From: Patescibacteria group bacterium
GTDB lineage: Bacteria > Patescibacteriota > Patescibacteriia > UBA9934
DNA length: 64,000 bases
Assembly (NCBI GenBank): GCA_049296775.1
Contig: JBAQTB010000001.1
Location: 288,992-352,991, forward strand
Reading direction: 5' to 3'
In this document: piece by piece, positions 48,754 to 58,019 of the stretch
Layout: every line of letters begins with the position of its first letter
Numbering within the stretch: the first letter of the stretch is position 1
Notes under the pieces: generated by a model
What the model was told of the DNA's origin: nothing
The model's database searches: none
Seen by the model: the letters and a program-made list of their open reading frames with translations, nothing else
Program-made: the position numbers and the translations under genes

Positions 48754-50715
48754 TTATATCGGCTCGTCTGAGATGCCTTGGACTTCACCGGAGGACGTAT
48801 CTCCACCCGGACTCCCGACCCCCACGAGACATATAGTCGGTAGAGATCTGTAAGTTGAGAAGAATTCTCTGGTTTTGAGGGTGCCGTCAGGCATGATGAT
48901 GTTGTAATCAAAGGTGGTAGTAGCCCCAGGGTGAGCGGCTTGGCATTTGCGGACGCCAGGAGCTAGGGTTGTAGTGGGCTTTTCTACAGTTGCACCGTAG
49001 CCAGTCCAGCTGAGGACCACTGGCGGCGTGTATGAAGCTTGGCGACCATCTGAGGTGCCCCAGAAGGTAAAGACCAGCTCATTGGTGGCTGAGTCTACGT
49101 GGGTAGCGAGCATGACGTAATTGCCGGTGTCATTGGTGATTTTGAGGTCTGGCGAGGGGTCGTAAAGAGTAGCGTCAGTTCCCGGGTTATTGTTGGAGGG
49201 GTCGTTGTAATAGCTAACCACAAGTGAGTGATTGCGACGTTCAGCGATGTCTAGTCCTGAGTTCATGGCGGCTCTGAAGGTTGTGGTACCAATTTGGCAC
49301 AAGCCACCTCCGATTTCCGGGATGATCTGATCGCCCTTGATAACTAATTCTGGGAGATAGCCGTCGGCAACGGTGAAAGGTTTGAGATGCTCGATTAGAG
49401 AGAGCGTTTCACCGGGAGCAACTAGGAGGCCGTTTAGTTTATCGGCGCCGTGGCGAATGTTGGCGCGACGATTGGCTGGGCTGCCGGCAAAGCTAGAAAA
49501 ACCAACGCCTAAGACTTCTTTGATACCTAAGTCATTGGCGCTGCCGGTTGGAATGGCGGGTTCGGTTTTTTCGGCGGCAATGGTGATGGTGGAGTTTGGT
49601 GTACCAAAGACGGCGAGTAAGTCATCTAGCACGGTATCATCTTTGATCACAAAACCATCGCGGCTTTCTGAGAATTCAATTACGCGATCACCTTCAACCA
49701 CGAACTTAGCGTCTTGTGGCGCGATATCGATGTCAGTGTGAATCTCGTTCAGAAAGGCTTCCATGGCAGCCGTATCTAAAGTTAGACTTGGGTTGCCTTC
49801 TGCGTCTTTGGTAGGGAGGAGCCAGATTTCTAGATCCTTGCCAGTAATCGGGTAGGTGAGCGCCTGGCCATACTCTGGAGCAAAGCTGAGCGTATACGGC
49901 GCATTCTCAACCGCGGCAGTGGCGTCTGGAATCAGGGTTTCGGCTTCTGATTTGGTAATGCCGGCTGAGCGTTCAATGAGTCTTAAAGACAAGGTATCCA
50001 AGTGTAAATCTTGGGCGTCAGTGGTGAGTTCAGTTAGTCCAGTTTCAAGATCGATGACGGCACCTTCTACGGCTTCAACTACGCTGACTGACAAGCTGTC
50101 ACCACTGCCGACAAACACAAAGTCAGTCGGTGTGCCAGAGGACTCAGCATTTGGGAAGGCTTCACGTATGGCGGCCTCGAGCTTGGTTTCTGCTAGCACG
50201 TAATGAGCGTCTAAGTGTTTAGGCGCGACGGTGAAATGATAGAGGGGAGAGAAGAAGTTTTGGAGTTGGTGGTCTGATCTGCCAACGGCCAGGGCTTCAT
50301 CGACGCTGGCGTTAACATCCCAATCAATGAGTTGATAAACTAGGTCAGGATCAGTGGCGACGTTGGTTCTGAGGTCGAGATGTTGTGTGGTGTTATAGAG
50401 CTCAACGTCAACGCCGGCATCCACCATGTCATCAAAAGAGTTCTGGAGGAGTTCGGTGGCGGCCAAACGATCCAGCCCACCAACCCGCACGCCGGCGACA
50501 GTAGTACCAGGTAAAATTAAATCTTGGGAGTAAGCGTAAGTGGCGCCAGCAGCACCGACCACTATAAAGCTACCAAAAATTAAAATGATCACGGCAATTT
50601 TAGCCGCTCTGATTTTCCCAGAGCCTGGAACCTTGGGAGAATCTACTTTAAAAACTTGGGGAGTATCTTCAGAGTGTGAGCTTGGGGCGGTGGGGTGAGG
50701 GGTATGTTTGCTCAT
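48754..50715 (-). CDS. VanW-family protein with N-terminal TM anchor
   Basis: GGGLCQIGTTTFRAA is the VanW signature. A Pro/Ser-rich N-terminus is followed by a TM helix, and the extracytoplasmic region is large. Confidence 0.65.
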   Translation of the reverse strand: MSKHTPHPTAPSSHSEDTPQVFKVDSPKVPGSGKIRAAKIAVIILIFGSFIVVGAAGATYAYSQDLILPGTTVAGVRVGGLDRLAATELLQNSFDDMVDAGVDVELYNTTQHLDLRTNVATDPDLVYQLIDWDVNASVDEALAVGRSDHQLQNFFSPLYHFTVAPKHLDAHYVLAETKLEAAIREAFPNAESSGTPTDFVFVGSGDSLSVSVVEAVEGAVIDLETGLTELTTDAQDLHLDTLSLRLIERSAGITKSEAETLIPDATAAVENAPYTLSFAPEYGQALTYPITGKDLEIWLLPTKDAEGNPSLTLDTAAMEAFLNEIHTDIDIAPQDAKFVVEGDRVIEFSESRDGFVIKDDTVLDDLLAVFGTPNSTITIAAEKTEPAIPTGSANDLGIKEVLGVGFSSFAGSPANRRANIRHGADKLNGLLVAPGETLSLIEHLKPFTVADGYLPELVIKGDQIIPEIGGGLCQIGTTTFRAAMNSGLDIAERRNHSLVVSYYNDPSNNNPGTDATLYDPSPDLKITNDTGNYVMLATHVDSATNELVFTFWGTSDGRQASYTPPVVLSWTGYGATVEKPTTTLAPGVRKCQAAHPGATTTFDYNIIMPDGTLKTREFFSTYRSLPTICLVGVGSPGGDTSSGEVQGISDEPI

Positions 50716-51083
50716 ATATCTGGGTCACGGCGCACGTGCAGACGTACGCTGTCACTGGCTTTAGGGATCGAAATAGTTAAAATGCCATTTTTTAAAGCGG
50801 CCTCAGCTTCATCAGCTTTGACACGACACGGTAGGATCACGGAACGAGAAAAGGCCCCCCAGAAACACTCTTCATAATGCACCGTAGCACGCACAGGTAC
50901 GGCGTCAACATGGCGCTCGCCACGAATAGTGACCAGGTCTTCATTGACATGAATATCCAGGTCTTGTTCTTTTACCCCGGCGATAGCTGAACGTATCAAA
51001 ATAGTGTCAGGGGTTTCAACTACGTCGATGGCTAATTGTCCTTCGTCATTTTTCCAGGCGAAGTCTTCAGGTGACGTCTTCAT
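50712..51083 (-). CDS. Small heat-shock protein (Hsp20/alpha-crystallin)
   Basis: The alpha-crystallin domain reads AIDVVETPDTILIRSAIAGVKEQDLDIHVNEDLVTIRGER...NGILTISIPK. Confidence 0.8.
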   Translation of the reverse strand: MKTSPEDFAWKNDEGQLAIDVVETPDTILIRSAIAGVKEQDLDIHVNEDLVTIRGERHVDAVPVRATVHYEECFWGAFSRSVILPCRVKADEAEAALKNGILTISIPKASDSVRLHVRRDPDI

Positions 51084-51164
51084 ATTTGATTGTATTTTAC
51101 GCGAAAAAAATGACTTTGAGAAGTTGGTTGTGAGTTACGGGGAGAAAGTGTAAAATATCCGTGT

Positions 51165-52280
51165 ATGCAGACACAAACTTGTGCTGTCAGGACACAGACT
51201 CCGCTCACGTTGCAGCGTGTAATGTTGGGTGTGATGGCCGTAGTGATCGCGTATTTTAGTTTACAGGTTTCTGGGATTTTGACGTTTTCACCTCAGGTGA
51301 CCACGGCCACAAATTTAGGGGCCGTGTTACTTGTTGGATTGGTGGCGTCATTATCTTCTTGCACGGCCATGGTGACGGGGGTGGTGGCGGCCGTGTCAGC
51401 TACACAAGTAAAAGTGAGTTCACATGTGTATTTTCACGTGGGGAGATTACTTGGGTTTGCGGGTTTGGGGGTAGTGGTTGGTTGGCTAGGGCAGATGGTG
51501 AGTTTATCCGTTACGGCGAATAGTTTGTTAGTGATTGTGATCGCACTCCTCATGTTAACGCTAGGCGTACATTTAATGCGGCTTCTGCCGCCAGGTGTGT
51601 GGTTCTTTGCGCCACCAGCAAAATTAACTCAAGCGATTACGGCTTTAACGACCAGTCATAATCCGTTGATTCCTGGTGTGATTGGCGTTTTGACCTTCTT
51701 TTTGCCGTGTGGTTTTACGCAATCTATGCAGTTGTATGCCTTGTCTACGGGAAGCCCCGTGCAAGCGGCCTTGATCATGACGGTATTTGCGATAGGTACT
51801 TTGCCGTCATTGGCGGGCATTAGTTTACTCGCGAGTAAAGTGACAGGTACCAGTAAAGTGAGGATGAATTATGCAGTGGGGGCCGTGGTAGTGGCGCTTG
51901 GGATTGCGAATTTACATAACGGTTTAACCTTGCTGGGGTGGACTGGCTTCAGAGCTGACTACGCGCCGGTGGTGATGGCGGCTGTGATTTTGCCAGATGG
52001 CAGTCAACGGATTGAAATGGAAATTACACCAGCGGGTTACGCTCCAAAAAATCTGACAGTGGTTGAAGATATTCCAGTCACTTGGGAGATTTATGGGACT
52101 GAGCAGTTGGGGTGTGCCGATACGCTAGTGTCTCAAACTTTTGATTTAGCTGAAAATATTCAGCCAGGGTTTAATCAAATTATGTTCACGCCAACCGAGC
52201 CTGGGGTGTACGCGTTTAGTTGTTCCATGGGCATGGTGCGCGGTACCATGACTGTTTTACCGGGGGAAAATACCTTGTAA
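51165..52280 (+). CDS. Integral membrane protein (DsbD_2/TauE-like TM core) with C-terminal extracytoplasmic beta-sandwich domain
   Basis: Eight hydrophobic helices including FFLPCGFTQSMQLYAL. The soluble C-terminal ~110 aa is cupredoxin-like. Function unknown. Confidence 0.5.
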   Translation: MQTQTCAVRTQTPLTLQRVMLGVMAVVIAYFSLQVSGILTFSPQVTTATNLGAVLLVGLVASLSSCTAMVTGVVAAVSATQVKVSSHVYFHVGRLLGFAGLGVVVGWLGQMVSLSVTANSLLVIVIALLMLTLGVHLMRLLPPGVWFFAPPAKLTQAITALTTSHNPLIPGVIGVLTFFLPCGFTQSMQLYALSTGSPVQAALIMTVFAIGTLPSLAGISLLASKVTGTSKVRMNYAVGAVVVALGIANLHNGLTLLGWTGFRADYAPVVMAAVILPDGSQRIEMEITPAGYAPKNLTVVEDIPVTWEIYGTEQLGCADTLVSQTFDLAENIQPGFNQIMFTPTEPGVYAFSCSMGMVRGTMTVLPGENTL

Positions 52281-52441
52281 AGAGGTGGGATTACTTGATA
52301 TTGCCACATTAAAATGGCTATGTTACGCTTGTTTTGCTAAGCATCCGTGTGACGTGACTTCTCCGCTGAAAATTCTGCATTAACTTTCAGAATTCACCAA
52401 TCGTGAGAGTACACCACAATCGGAGAAGTAATTTTGCCCTT

Positions 52442-52705
52442 ATGGCAGATGACGCACGTGTGTTCGTTGGTGGTATTCCTTATGCCGCTACCGAAGATGA
52501 GTTGAAAGCACATTTTGGTGCTGCAGGTGAAGTAGTTTCTGTCTTCCTTCCGATTGAAAAGGAGACCGGTAGAAAGCGCGGCTTCGGTTTTGTTGAATTC
52601 AACACCGCTGAAGAGCAGGCTAACGCCGTTAAGATGTTTGATCGCACCGATCTTGGTGGCCGCTCCATTAGCGTCAGCCCAGCTCGCGCCCGCGATAACG
52701 CTTAA
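52442..52705 (+). CDS. RRM-type RNA-binding protein
   Basis: RNP-2 VFVGGI and RNP-1 RGFGFVEF. The long 5' leader has a small hairpin. Confidence 0.75.
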   Translation: MADDARVFVGGIPYAATEDELKAHFGAAGEVVSVFLPIEKETGRKRGFGFVEFNTAEEQANAVKMFDRTDLGGRSISVSPARARDNA

Positions 52706-52769
52706 GAGTTACAGAAGAAAGTCTCCGCCCCTAGTGGTGGAGATTTTTGTTTGTTATGATGTACGTAAT

Positions 52770-53828
52770 ATGCAAACTATTTCTCATTCGGTGATCGCGC
52801 GTTGGTTTTTCCTACTTTTAGCCTCGGGAATCATTTACTTATACTGGCAGATCATCTCCCCGTATATTATTGTGCTGATTACAGCGGCAATTGCAGCCGT
52901 GATTTTAGCTCCAATTGAGAGCAGGATCCGTAAAGTGGTAAAAAGCCCTAAATTATCTGCAGTGTTGATGATACTTTTGGTGCTGATTGCGATTGTTGGC
53001 CCACTGATTGCGATTAGCGCCGTCATGGTCAACCAAATTAACGATATCGCTAATCAAACTTTAGGTAATCCTGAATGGCGAGCAGATTTCGATTTTAGAA
53101 ATTTGGAGATTGTCGACAGATTGCCGGAGCCTTTGAAGCAACAAGTGTTAGCCCAGAATCCAGCTGACATTTTTAACTCGGCCTTGAGTTGGATCCAGGT
53201 ACATATTGGGACGATTTTCTCGAGTGGAGCCACAGCTTTATTCAAGACAGGTATCTTCTTCATCTGTTTGTTCTTCTTCTTGCTGGATCGGGAAAGAATT
53301 TACAAGGAGTTATTGGCATTGAGCCCTCTGAAAGATGCAGTAGATAGGAGTATCGCGACGCGCATGATTGAAACGGTGAGGGGAGTGGTTTTTGGGGCTT
53401 TAGTGGTAGCGGTTACTCAAAGCGTGGTGGCTGCTATTGGATTGACGATCTTTGGAGTGCCGGGTGCTCTAATTTGGGCAGCTCTAGTCATTATTACGGC
53501 ACAGATTCCAATGCTTGGCAACGCCTTGATTATGGGCCCGGCAGTAGCTTACTTGTTACTGACAGGGCATGAGGGTGCGGCCCTAGGTTTGGCGATTTGG
53601 GCGGTGGTCGCCGTTGGTTTGATTGATAACCTCTTGAGTCCGTTAATTGTTGGCAAGCGGACCAGGATGCACGCGTTGTTAATTCTGTTGTCGATTTTGG
53701 GTGGTTTGGAATATTTTGGCCCAATCGGCTTTATTCTTGGTCCAACCTTATTAGCGGCGTTGTTGGTAGTCGTGGAATTATATAAAGCGGGGATTATTGA
53801 GCATGGCGCCTCCGCTCAGTCGGCTTGA
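52770..53828 (+). CDS. AI-2E family transporter (PerM/YdiK-like)
   Basis: Eight TM helices and a Gly-rich C-terminal block LGGLEYFGPIGFILGPTLLA typical of the family. The ATG at 52770 is preferred over the overlapping ORF-track start. Confidence 0.7.
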   Translation: MQTISHSVIARWFFLLLASGIIYLYWQIISPYIIVLITAAIAAVILAPIESRIRKVVKSPKLSAVLMILLVLIAIVGPLIAISAVMVNQINDIANQTLGNPEWRADFDFRNLEIVDRLPEPLKQQVLAQNPADIFNSALSWIQVHIGTIFSSGATALFKTGIFFICLFFFLLDRERIYKELLALSPLKDAVDRSIATRMIETVRGVVFGALVVAVTQSVVAAIGLTIFGVPGALIWAALVIITAQIPMLGNALIMGPAVAYLLLTGHEGAALGLAIWAVVAVGLIDNLLSPLIVGKRTRMHALLILLSILGGLEYFGPIGFILGPTLLAALLVVVELYKAGIIEHGASAQSA

Positions 53829-53862
53829 GGCTAGAGTAAGTTAGTGCTAGGCTGATAAATAT

Positions 53863-54264
53863 ATGAATAAACGTGTTGCCATTGTTTTAGGACAATTTCA
53901 TAAAGTGTACGCCGAACGCATGTTGGTCGAGGCTAAAACGGCCTTGCTGGCGGCTGGTCTAGAGGTGATTTCAGAAGTTTGGGTGCCGGGATCTCTGGAA
54001 AAACCCTTAGCTTTGAAACGTTTATTGTTGCGTTCGGATATTGATGGTGCGGTAGTCCTTGGGATTATTGAGCGGGGGGAGACTAAGCATGGTTTAGTGA
54101 TGGGGGAGGTAGTGATGCAGGCGATTGTGGATTTACAGTTGCAGACCATGAAGCCAGTTGGAGTTGGTATCTTGGGCCCAGAAATTTTACCCGATCAAAT
54201 CGAACCCAGACTATTACCCTACGCCAAAGCCGCCGCCGAGGCCCTAGGGGTGATGTTGAAGTAG
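53863..54264 (+). CDS. ribH: 6,7-dimethyl-8-ribityllumazine synthase-family protein (RibH-like)
   Basis: VAIVLGQFHKVYAERMLVEA...WVPGSLEKPLALKRLL...DGAVVLGIIERGETKHGLVMGEV has the flavodoxin-like lumazine-synthase pattern. No other rib genes are nearby. Confidence 0.6.
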   Translation: MNKRVAIVLGQFHKVYAERMLVEAKTALLAAGLEVISEVWVPGSLEKPLALKRLLLRSDIDGAVVLGIIERGETKHGLVMGEVVMQAIVDLQLQTMKPVGVGILGPEILPDQIEPRLLPYAKAAAEALGVMLK

Positions 54265-54399
54265 CCCAAACGAGGGCGTGATCGCAGAGTTTTACCTCAG
54301 ATATAAGCATCCACTTGATGGGTGCTTTTCGTGGTCTTTCCTTTCTCTACATGTATCAAGGAATTTAGCCAATTATAGCTAAATAATAGCATTTTTCTC

Positions 54400-54428
54400 T
54401 TGACAAAATGTCCGAAAAGTAGTATGGT
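54400..54428 (+). promoter_or_regulatory. Strong candidate promoter driving the GC-rich orphan gene through a structured leader of about 165 nt
   Basis: TTGACA, a 17-nt spacer, then TATGGT. The leader has two copies of the (t)tcgtggtt(c)tcgt motif and the RBS AGGAGG. Confidence 0.45.
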
Positions 54429-54593
54429 TGTTTGTCGAACAATCGAAACATGGGAGGTTTTCGTGGTTCTCGTCCGGTAGGTCAAAATAGGCCTTTCGAG
54501 CAAGAACCCATGAGGAGAGAATCTCGTGGTTTCGTAACCGCTGGCATGCGCTAGCGTTCGGAGACATCCGAGCCAACACGATAGGAGGCAAAT

Positions 54594-55043
54594 ATGTCCA
54601 GATTCATCCACGGTAACGACGCGACCAACAACATGAGTATCTTTCGCGGTGGGCGCCAGCTCATCGTCCAGAACGTCTACAAGCGCGCCGGCTCCCAGGA
54701 GTCGGTCGCGTTCCTGACCTACAAGGACGCGGCCGAGAAGCCGCGGTCCTCGTACCATTTCGATCAGTGGTGCGAGGATGAGGTGATCCTCATCCTCGAG
54801 CCCAGCCAGGGACCCTACCTCCCGGCGCAGGTCGGGGACGAGATCCGTCATGTGGACGGGGGTCTCTCGATCGGCTATCGGTGGCGCCACGTCGTCACGG
54901 AGGACGACCTGGACCGCGGCTACGTGGTCGGCGGCGAGTACCAGGGCGTCCGCTCTGGCCGGCTCGAGCATCCGGTTTTCCTCCGGCCGCGGACGTTCTA
55001 CCAGCGTGGGAACGCGGAGAGGGCTTCCCAGTCCGTTTTCTAG
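54594..55043 (+). CDS. Hypothetical protein, strongly GC-rich orphan
   Basis: 149 aa. GGAGGC RBS 7 nt upstream. Third-codon positions are almost all G/C, unlike the flanking genes. A terminator follows. Confidence 0.5.
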   Translation: MSRFIHGNDATNNMSIFRGGRQLIVQNVYKRAGSQESVAFLTYKDAAEKPRSSYHFDQWCEDEVILILEPSQGPYLPAQVGDEIRHVDGGLSIGYRWRHVVTEDDLDRGYVVGGEYQGVRSGRLEHPVFLRPRTFYQRGNAERASQSVF

Positions 55044-55164
55044 CCCGGAGGTTCTAGGCCTCCGCCACCATTCATTCCTACCGAGCCGGCCATCCTAGAC
55101 AGGCCGAGCTCAAACCCTCCCCGTGCACGGATCGCATGGAAACGGAGATCACTGGATCCAACTC

Positions 55165-55206
55165 AAACCCGGGAAGCGCTGCACTTGCGCGACCCGGGTT
55201 TTTTAT
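55165..55206 (+). terminator. Terminator after the GC-rich orphan
   Basis: aaacccggg aagcgctgcacttgcgcga cccgggtttttt. Confidence 0.55.
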
Positions 55207-55699
55207 TTCCGGTTATTTTCTCAAACTCAATTTAATCGTTGGTTGATTGAAGGTTAATTCTTGGATAGTCGTTGCTCTTTAAAACAAAAAAGACCACCTT
55301 TCGGTGATCTTTTTTGTGGTGACCCCACGCTGACTGGCCATGAACTTTTCAAAAAGTTCCAAGGAGTTGACCCCACTTTTACTTATCTGGAATGGCGAGG
55401 TTTCACGCTTTCTACAAAGCGAGCGCAAGCCCAAAGAATTTGCAGTAACCTACTAAAAAAAATCGTATAATTAAAGAAAATATCTCATATTTATCTATGA
55501 AAAATTCGCGCAATGACAATTTAACAGATGTTGTTCAAAATCTTCCTACTGCTGCAAGTACTGGAGGAAACAAACCAGCTGGTACGGTCACTACCAGTGA
55601 CGGAACTCAGGTTACTTTGGGCCGCCGCGGTGGAAATTTCAAGCCCCTTTCCTCTCCTCAGAGAGGAATGAACTTGAAGCTCTAGATCACTGGTCTCTA

Positions 55700-57127
55700 C
55701 TAGGCAAGTAAAAAATAACTGTGCGGGACACTCACTACTAATAAATCATCACAGATTGATAGACGATCTTTATTGATAGTGAGTCCATACTTACACCCCC
55801 TATCATTGGCGGTATTCCTTGCCTGTGCAGTCCCTTTATCGCCACTTCCAACTTCTATGGCGATAGGTTTTGATCTCTGAGGCGTCAATATAAAGTCAGC
55901 CCTATTTTCAGCTGCTTCGTAAGTCAGGATTCCTGTTCCAGGATTGACGAACTCTCTATAGAAGTGCAGAGCCGCAATATCTTCCATAAGGCATCCCTTG
56001 AAGTCCAACGGATCCACCTTTATTGAATAAACCTTAATTAATGCCGCTCTGATATTCGGCGTCATAAAAAGGAACTTCGCGGGTTTTCTCGCCTTTGCAG
56101 TGCTAGATCCTTGTGGTGGTACTTTAATGATGAGCTCAGCTTGTACGAGTGCATCCATCACTCCCGTTACTGTTATTGGATGCATCTTTATATCCTGAGC
56201 AAGTTTAACGATACTGACTACGTCCTTATCTGATAAGTATAGCGCTATTTGTTTGATCTTTTTTAAAGTCTCTGGGTCAAAACGCTTAATCGCCACCAAG
56301 TCGTTATTTATAATTCTATCAATCAGACCATTGATCTGATTGTAAGCCGTCATGGTGTCCGTATATGTGGCGGTAAAGGGTAATGTTCCAATTTCAAAAT
56401 AATGCTCCACCTGAGTCTGATCGACTTGAGACCAGTATTCATCTACTTCATTTTTTAATACCTCAAGACGCGTAAAACATTCCTCTGCAGAGTCTGAATA
56501 GTAAAGAGCTTCCCTAAGTTTATTTTTTAAACCTTTTTTAGGGAAAATACGATTTTTTATTAATTGATACTCGACGAAGCTAAGCGGATATAATTTCTCC
56601 AGCTTACTACGCCTCGCAATATCTGGGTTCGCCTGTAACTCTAACGCCGAAGATCCTGTACAGAAAATAAATATCTTTTTATTTTTATCGAAAACAGCCT
56701 TTAAAATCTTCCCCCAGTTACTATCTGTTTGAGTTTCATCAATTAGAATAAACGTTCTATTTCTCAGACCCTCCAGACTAACGCCTTTTATAGTCTCAAA
56801 GGCCTCAAGAACTTCGTTTAGAGTAAATCCTGCTACTTCAATTTGATCTACGGAGAAATATAGAATATCCTCTTTCTCAACACCATTTCTTATAAGCTCA
56901 AGATAGGTTTGAGCCATAATCGTGCTCTTTCCTACACCTCTCAGGCCGATCATAATCAGCCACCGTATATCAGACTTATTTGTTAAAAAATCCTTTACAT
57001 ACTGCTTACTTTTCACAAACATGTGACGCTCAAAATACTCCCTTCCAGTGGAGTCAGTCGCTAGACCCTTTGCGATAATAGGGCCGTTCTCAAGTCGTTG
57101 TTTAACTAAATTATCTAAACTAGGCAT
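55700..57127 (-). CDS. AAA+ ATPase of the AAA_14/DUF4143 (COG1373) family
   Basis: IGLRGVGKST Walker A and ILIDETQ Walker B, with a C-terminal winged-helix-like region. The gene and its surroundings are visibly AT-richer than the rest of the window. Confidence 0.7.
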   Translation of the reverse strand: MPSLDNLVKQRLENGPIIAKGLATDSTGREYFERHMFVKSKQYVKDFLTNKSDIRWLIMIGLRGVGKSTIMAQTYLELIRNGVEKEDILYFSVDQIEVAGFTLNEVLEAFETIKGVSLEGLRNRTFILIDETQTDSNWGKILKAVFDKNKKIFIFCTGSSALELQANPDIARRSKLEKLYPLSFVEYQLIKNRIFPKKGLKNKLREALYYSDSAEECFTRLEVLKNEVDEYWSQVDQTQVEHYFEIGTLPFTATYTDTMTAYNQINGLIDRIINNDLVAIKRFDPETLKKIKQIALYLSDKDVVSIVKLAQDIKMHPITVTGVMDALVQAELIIKVPPQGSSTAKARKPAKFLFMTPNIRAALIKVYSIKVDPLDFKGCLMEDIAALHFYREFVNPGTGILTYEAAENRADFILTPQRSKPIAIEVGSGDKGTAQARNTANDRGCKYGLTINKDRLSICDDLLVVSVPHSYFLLA

Positions 57128-57238
57128 AAATTTCTCTTATACAGTATAGTATATAAGAGTCATAAATAAAGCAATCCTTAGCTTATATTAGCCAATATTA
57201 CTTCTCACTTGTTTTTAAAATGACCTGTCTTTTAAATT

Positions 57239-57421
57239 ATGAATGGACAGATTGGACGAAATATCACTCCATTGACGCTTGTGCAGTGGGAGAGGACTAG
57301 AGATTCAAAAGCGCGATTTCTAGTTTATTACGGCTCTCATCTCACCTCCATTTCAGGGGCTTGTAGTGCCGTCTCCATTGCCCGCTCCACCTTTTATAAC
57401 TGGATAGGTACAGATGCTTAG
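57239..57421 (+). pseudogene. Fragment of an IS3-family-like transposase (HTH only)
   Basis: ISGACSAVSIARSTFYNWI resembles the HTH of IS3 OrfA (...ACRxFGISRxTFYRW...). The reading frame stops after 60 codons. A further 35-codon piece (MFDKLIAAGDGHSIRYF...) follows in another frame. Confidence 0.4.
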
Positions 57422-57675
57422 TTTAGGGGCACTATTAGTGATTGAGAGGTTGCACAGGTAGATTTCGCGGAAGATATGTTTGACAAGCTTATAGCGGCCG
57501 GAGACGGTCATAGCATTCGCTACTTCTTGGACCGACGTTCAGACCGCTGGAAACAAAAGAAAAGCGGCTTCGCGACATCGTGAAGCCTGTTTGCGGTATT
57601 CGGTAGGTTGACAGAGGGGGTGTGCTAGCCACCCCCTCACCCATTCATTCGTTGTCAGAACAGGGTTGAAATAGT

Positions 57676-57906
57676 ATGAAGAACGGACAACATGTTGTTC
57701 CTTACGGGACTGATTGGGCGGTGCGTCGTGCCGGGTCGGATCGAGTAACTTCGGTTCATTCGACTCAAGCAGCGGCGTATGACGCAGGACGTGACATCGC
57801 GCGCAATCAGGCCACGGAGGTTTTCCTGCATGGACGTGACGGACGCATTCGGGATCGTGAAAGTTTCGGCAACGATCCGCGCAGCTCCCACGATACCAAG
57901 CACTAG
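57676..57906 (+). CDS. DUF2188-family small protein
   Basis: MKNGQHVVPYGTDWAVRRAGSDRVTSVHSTQAAAYDAGRDIARNQATEVFLHGRDGRIRDRESFGNDP matches the DUF2188 consensus (...W.V..eG....s.f.Tq.eA...areiAk...sELvIHg.DGrIr...SyGnDP). GC-rich. Confidence 0.6.
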   Translation: MKNGQHVVPYGTDWAVRRAGSDRVTSVHSTQAAAYDAGRDIARNQATEVFLHGRDGRIRDRESFGNDPRSSHDTKH

Positions 57907-58019
57907 GAGTACTCATCCCCGCCCATTCGTGGTGCGGGGATGTTGTTTGAACGCTCATTTATCTTCCCCTAATTGCTCATCGGGTGTAAGCTAGATCAAA
58001 GTATAAGTTTTAGATCAAT

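Noticed and set aside
54297-54971. 224-aa minus-strand ORF overlapping the GC-rich orphan
   Set aside because: High-GC sequence generates long antisense ORFs. The plus-strand frame has the promoter, RBS and terminator. The minus frame has none.
55261-55685. Two short ORFs (69 and 62 aa) between the GC-rich orphan and the AAA+ ATPase
   Set aside because: No RBS and low-complexity sequence. They lie in the AT-rich intergenic stretch of the island, so there is insufficient evidence for coding.
57539-57958. 139-aa minus-strand ORF
   Set aside because: It is antisense to the DUF2188 gene, whose product matches a known family end to end.
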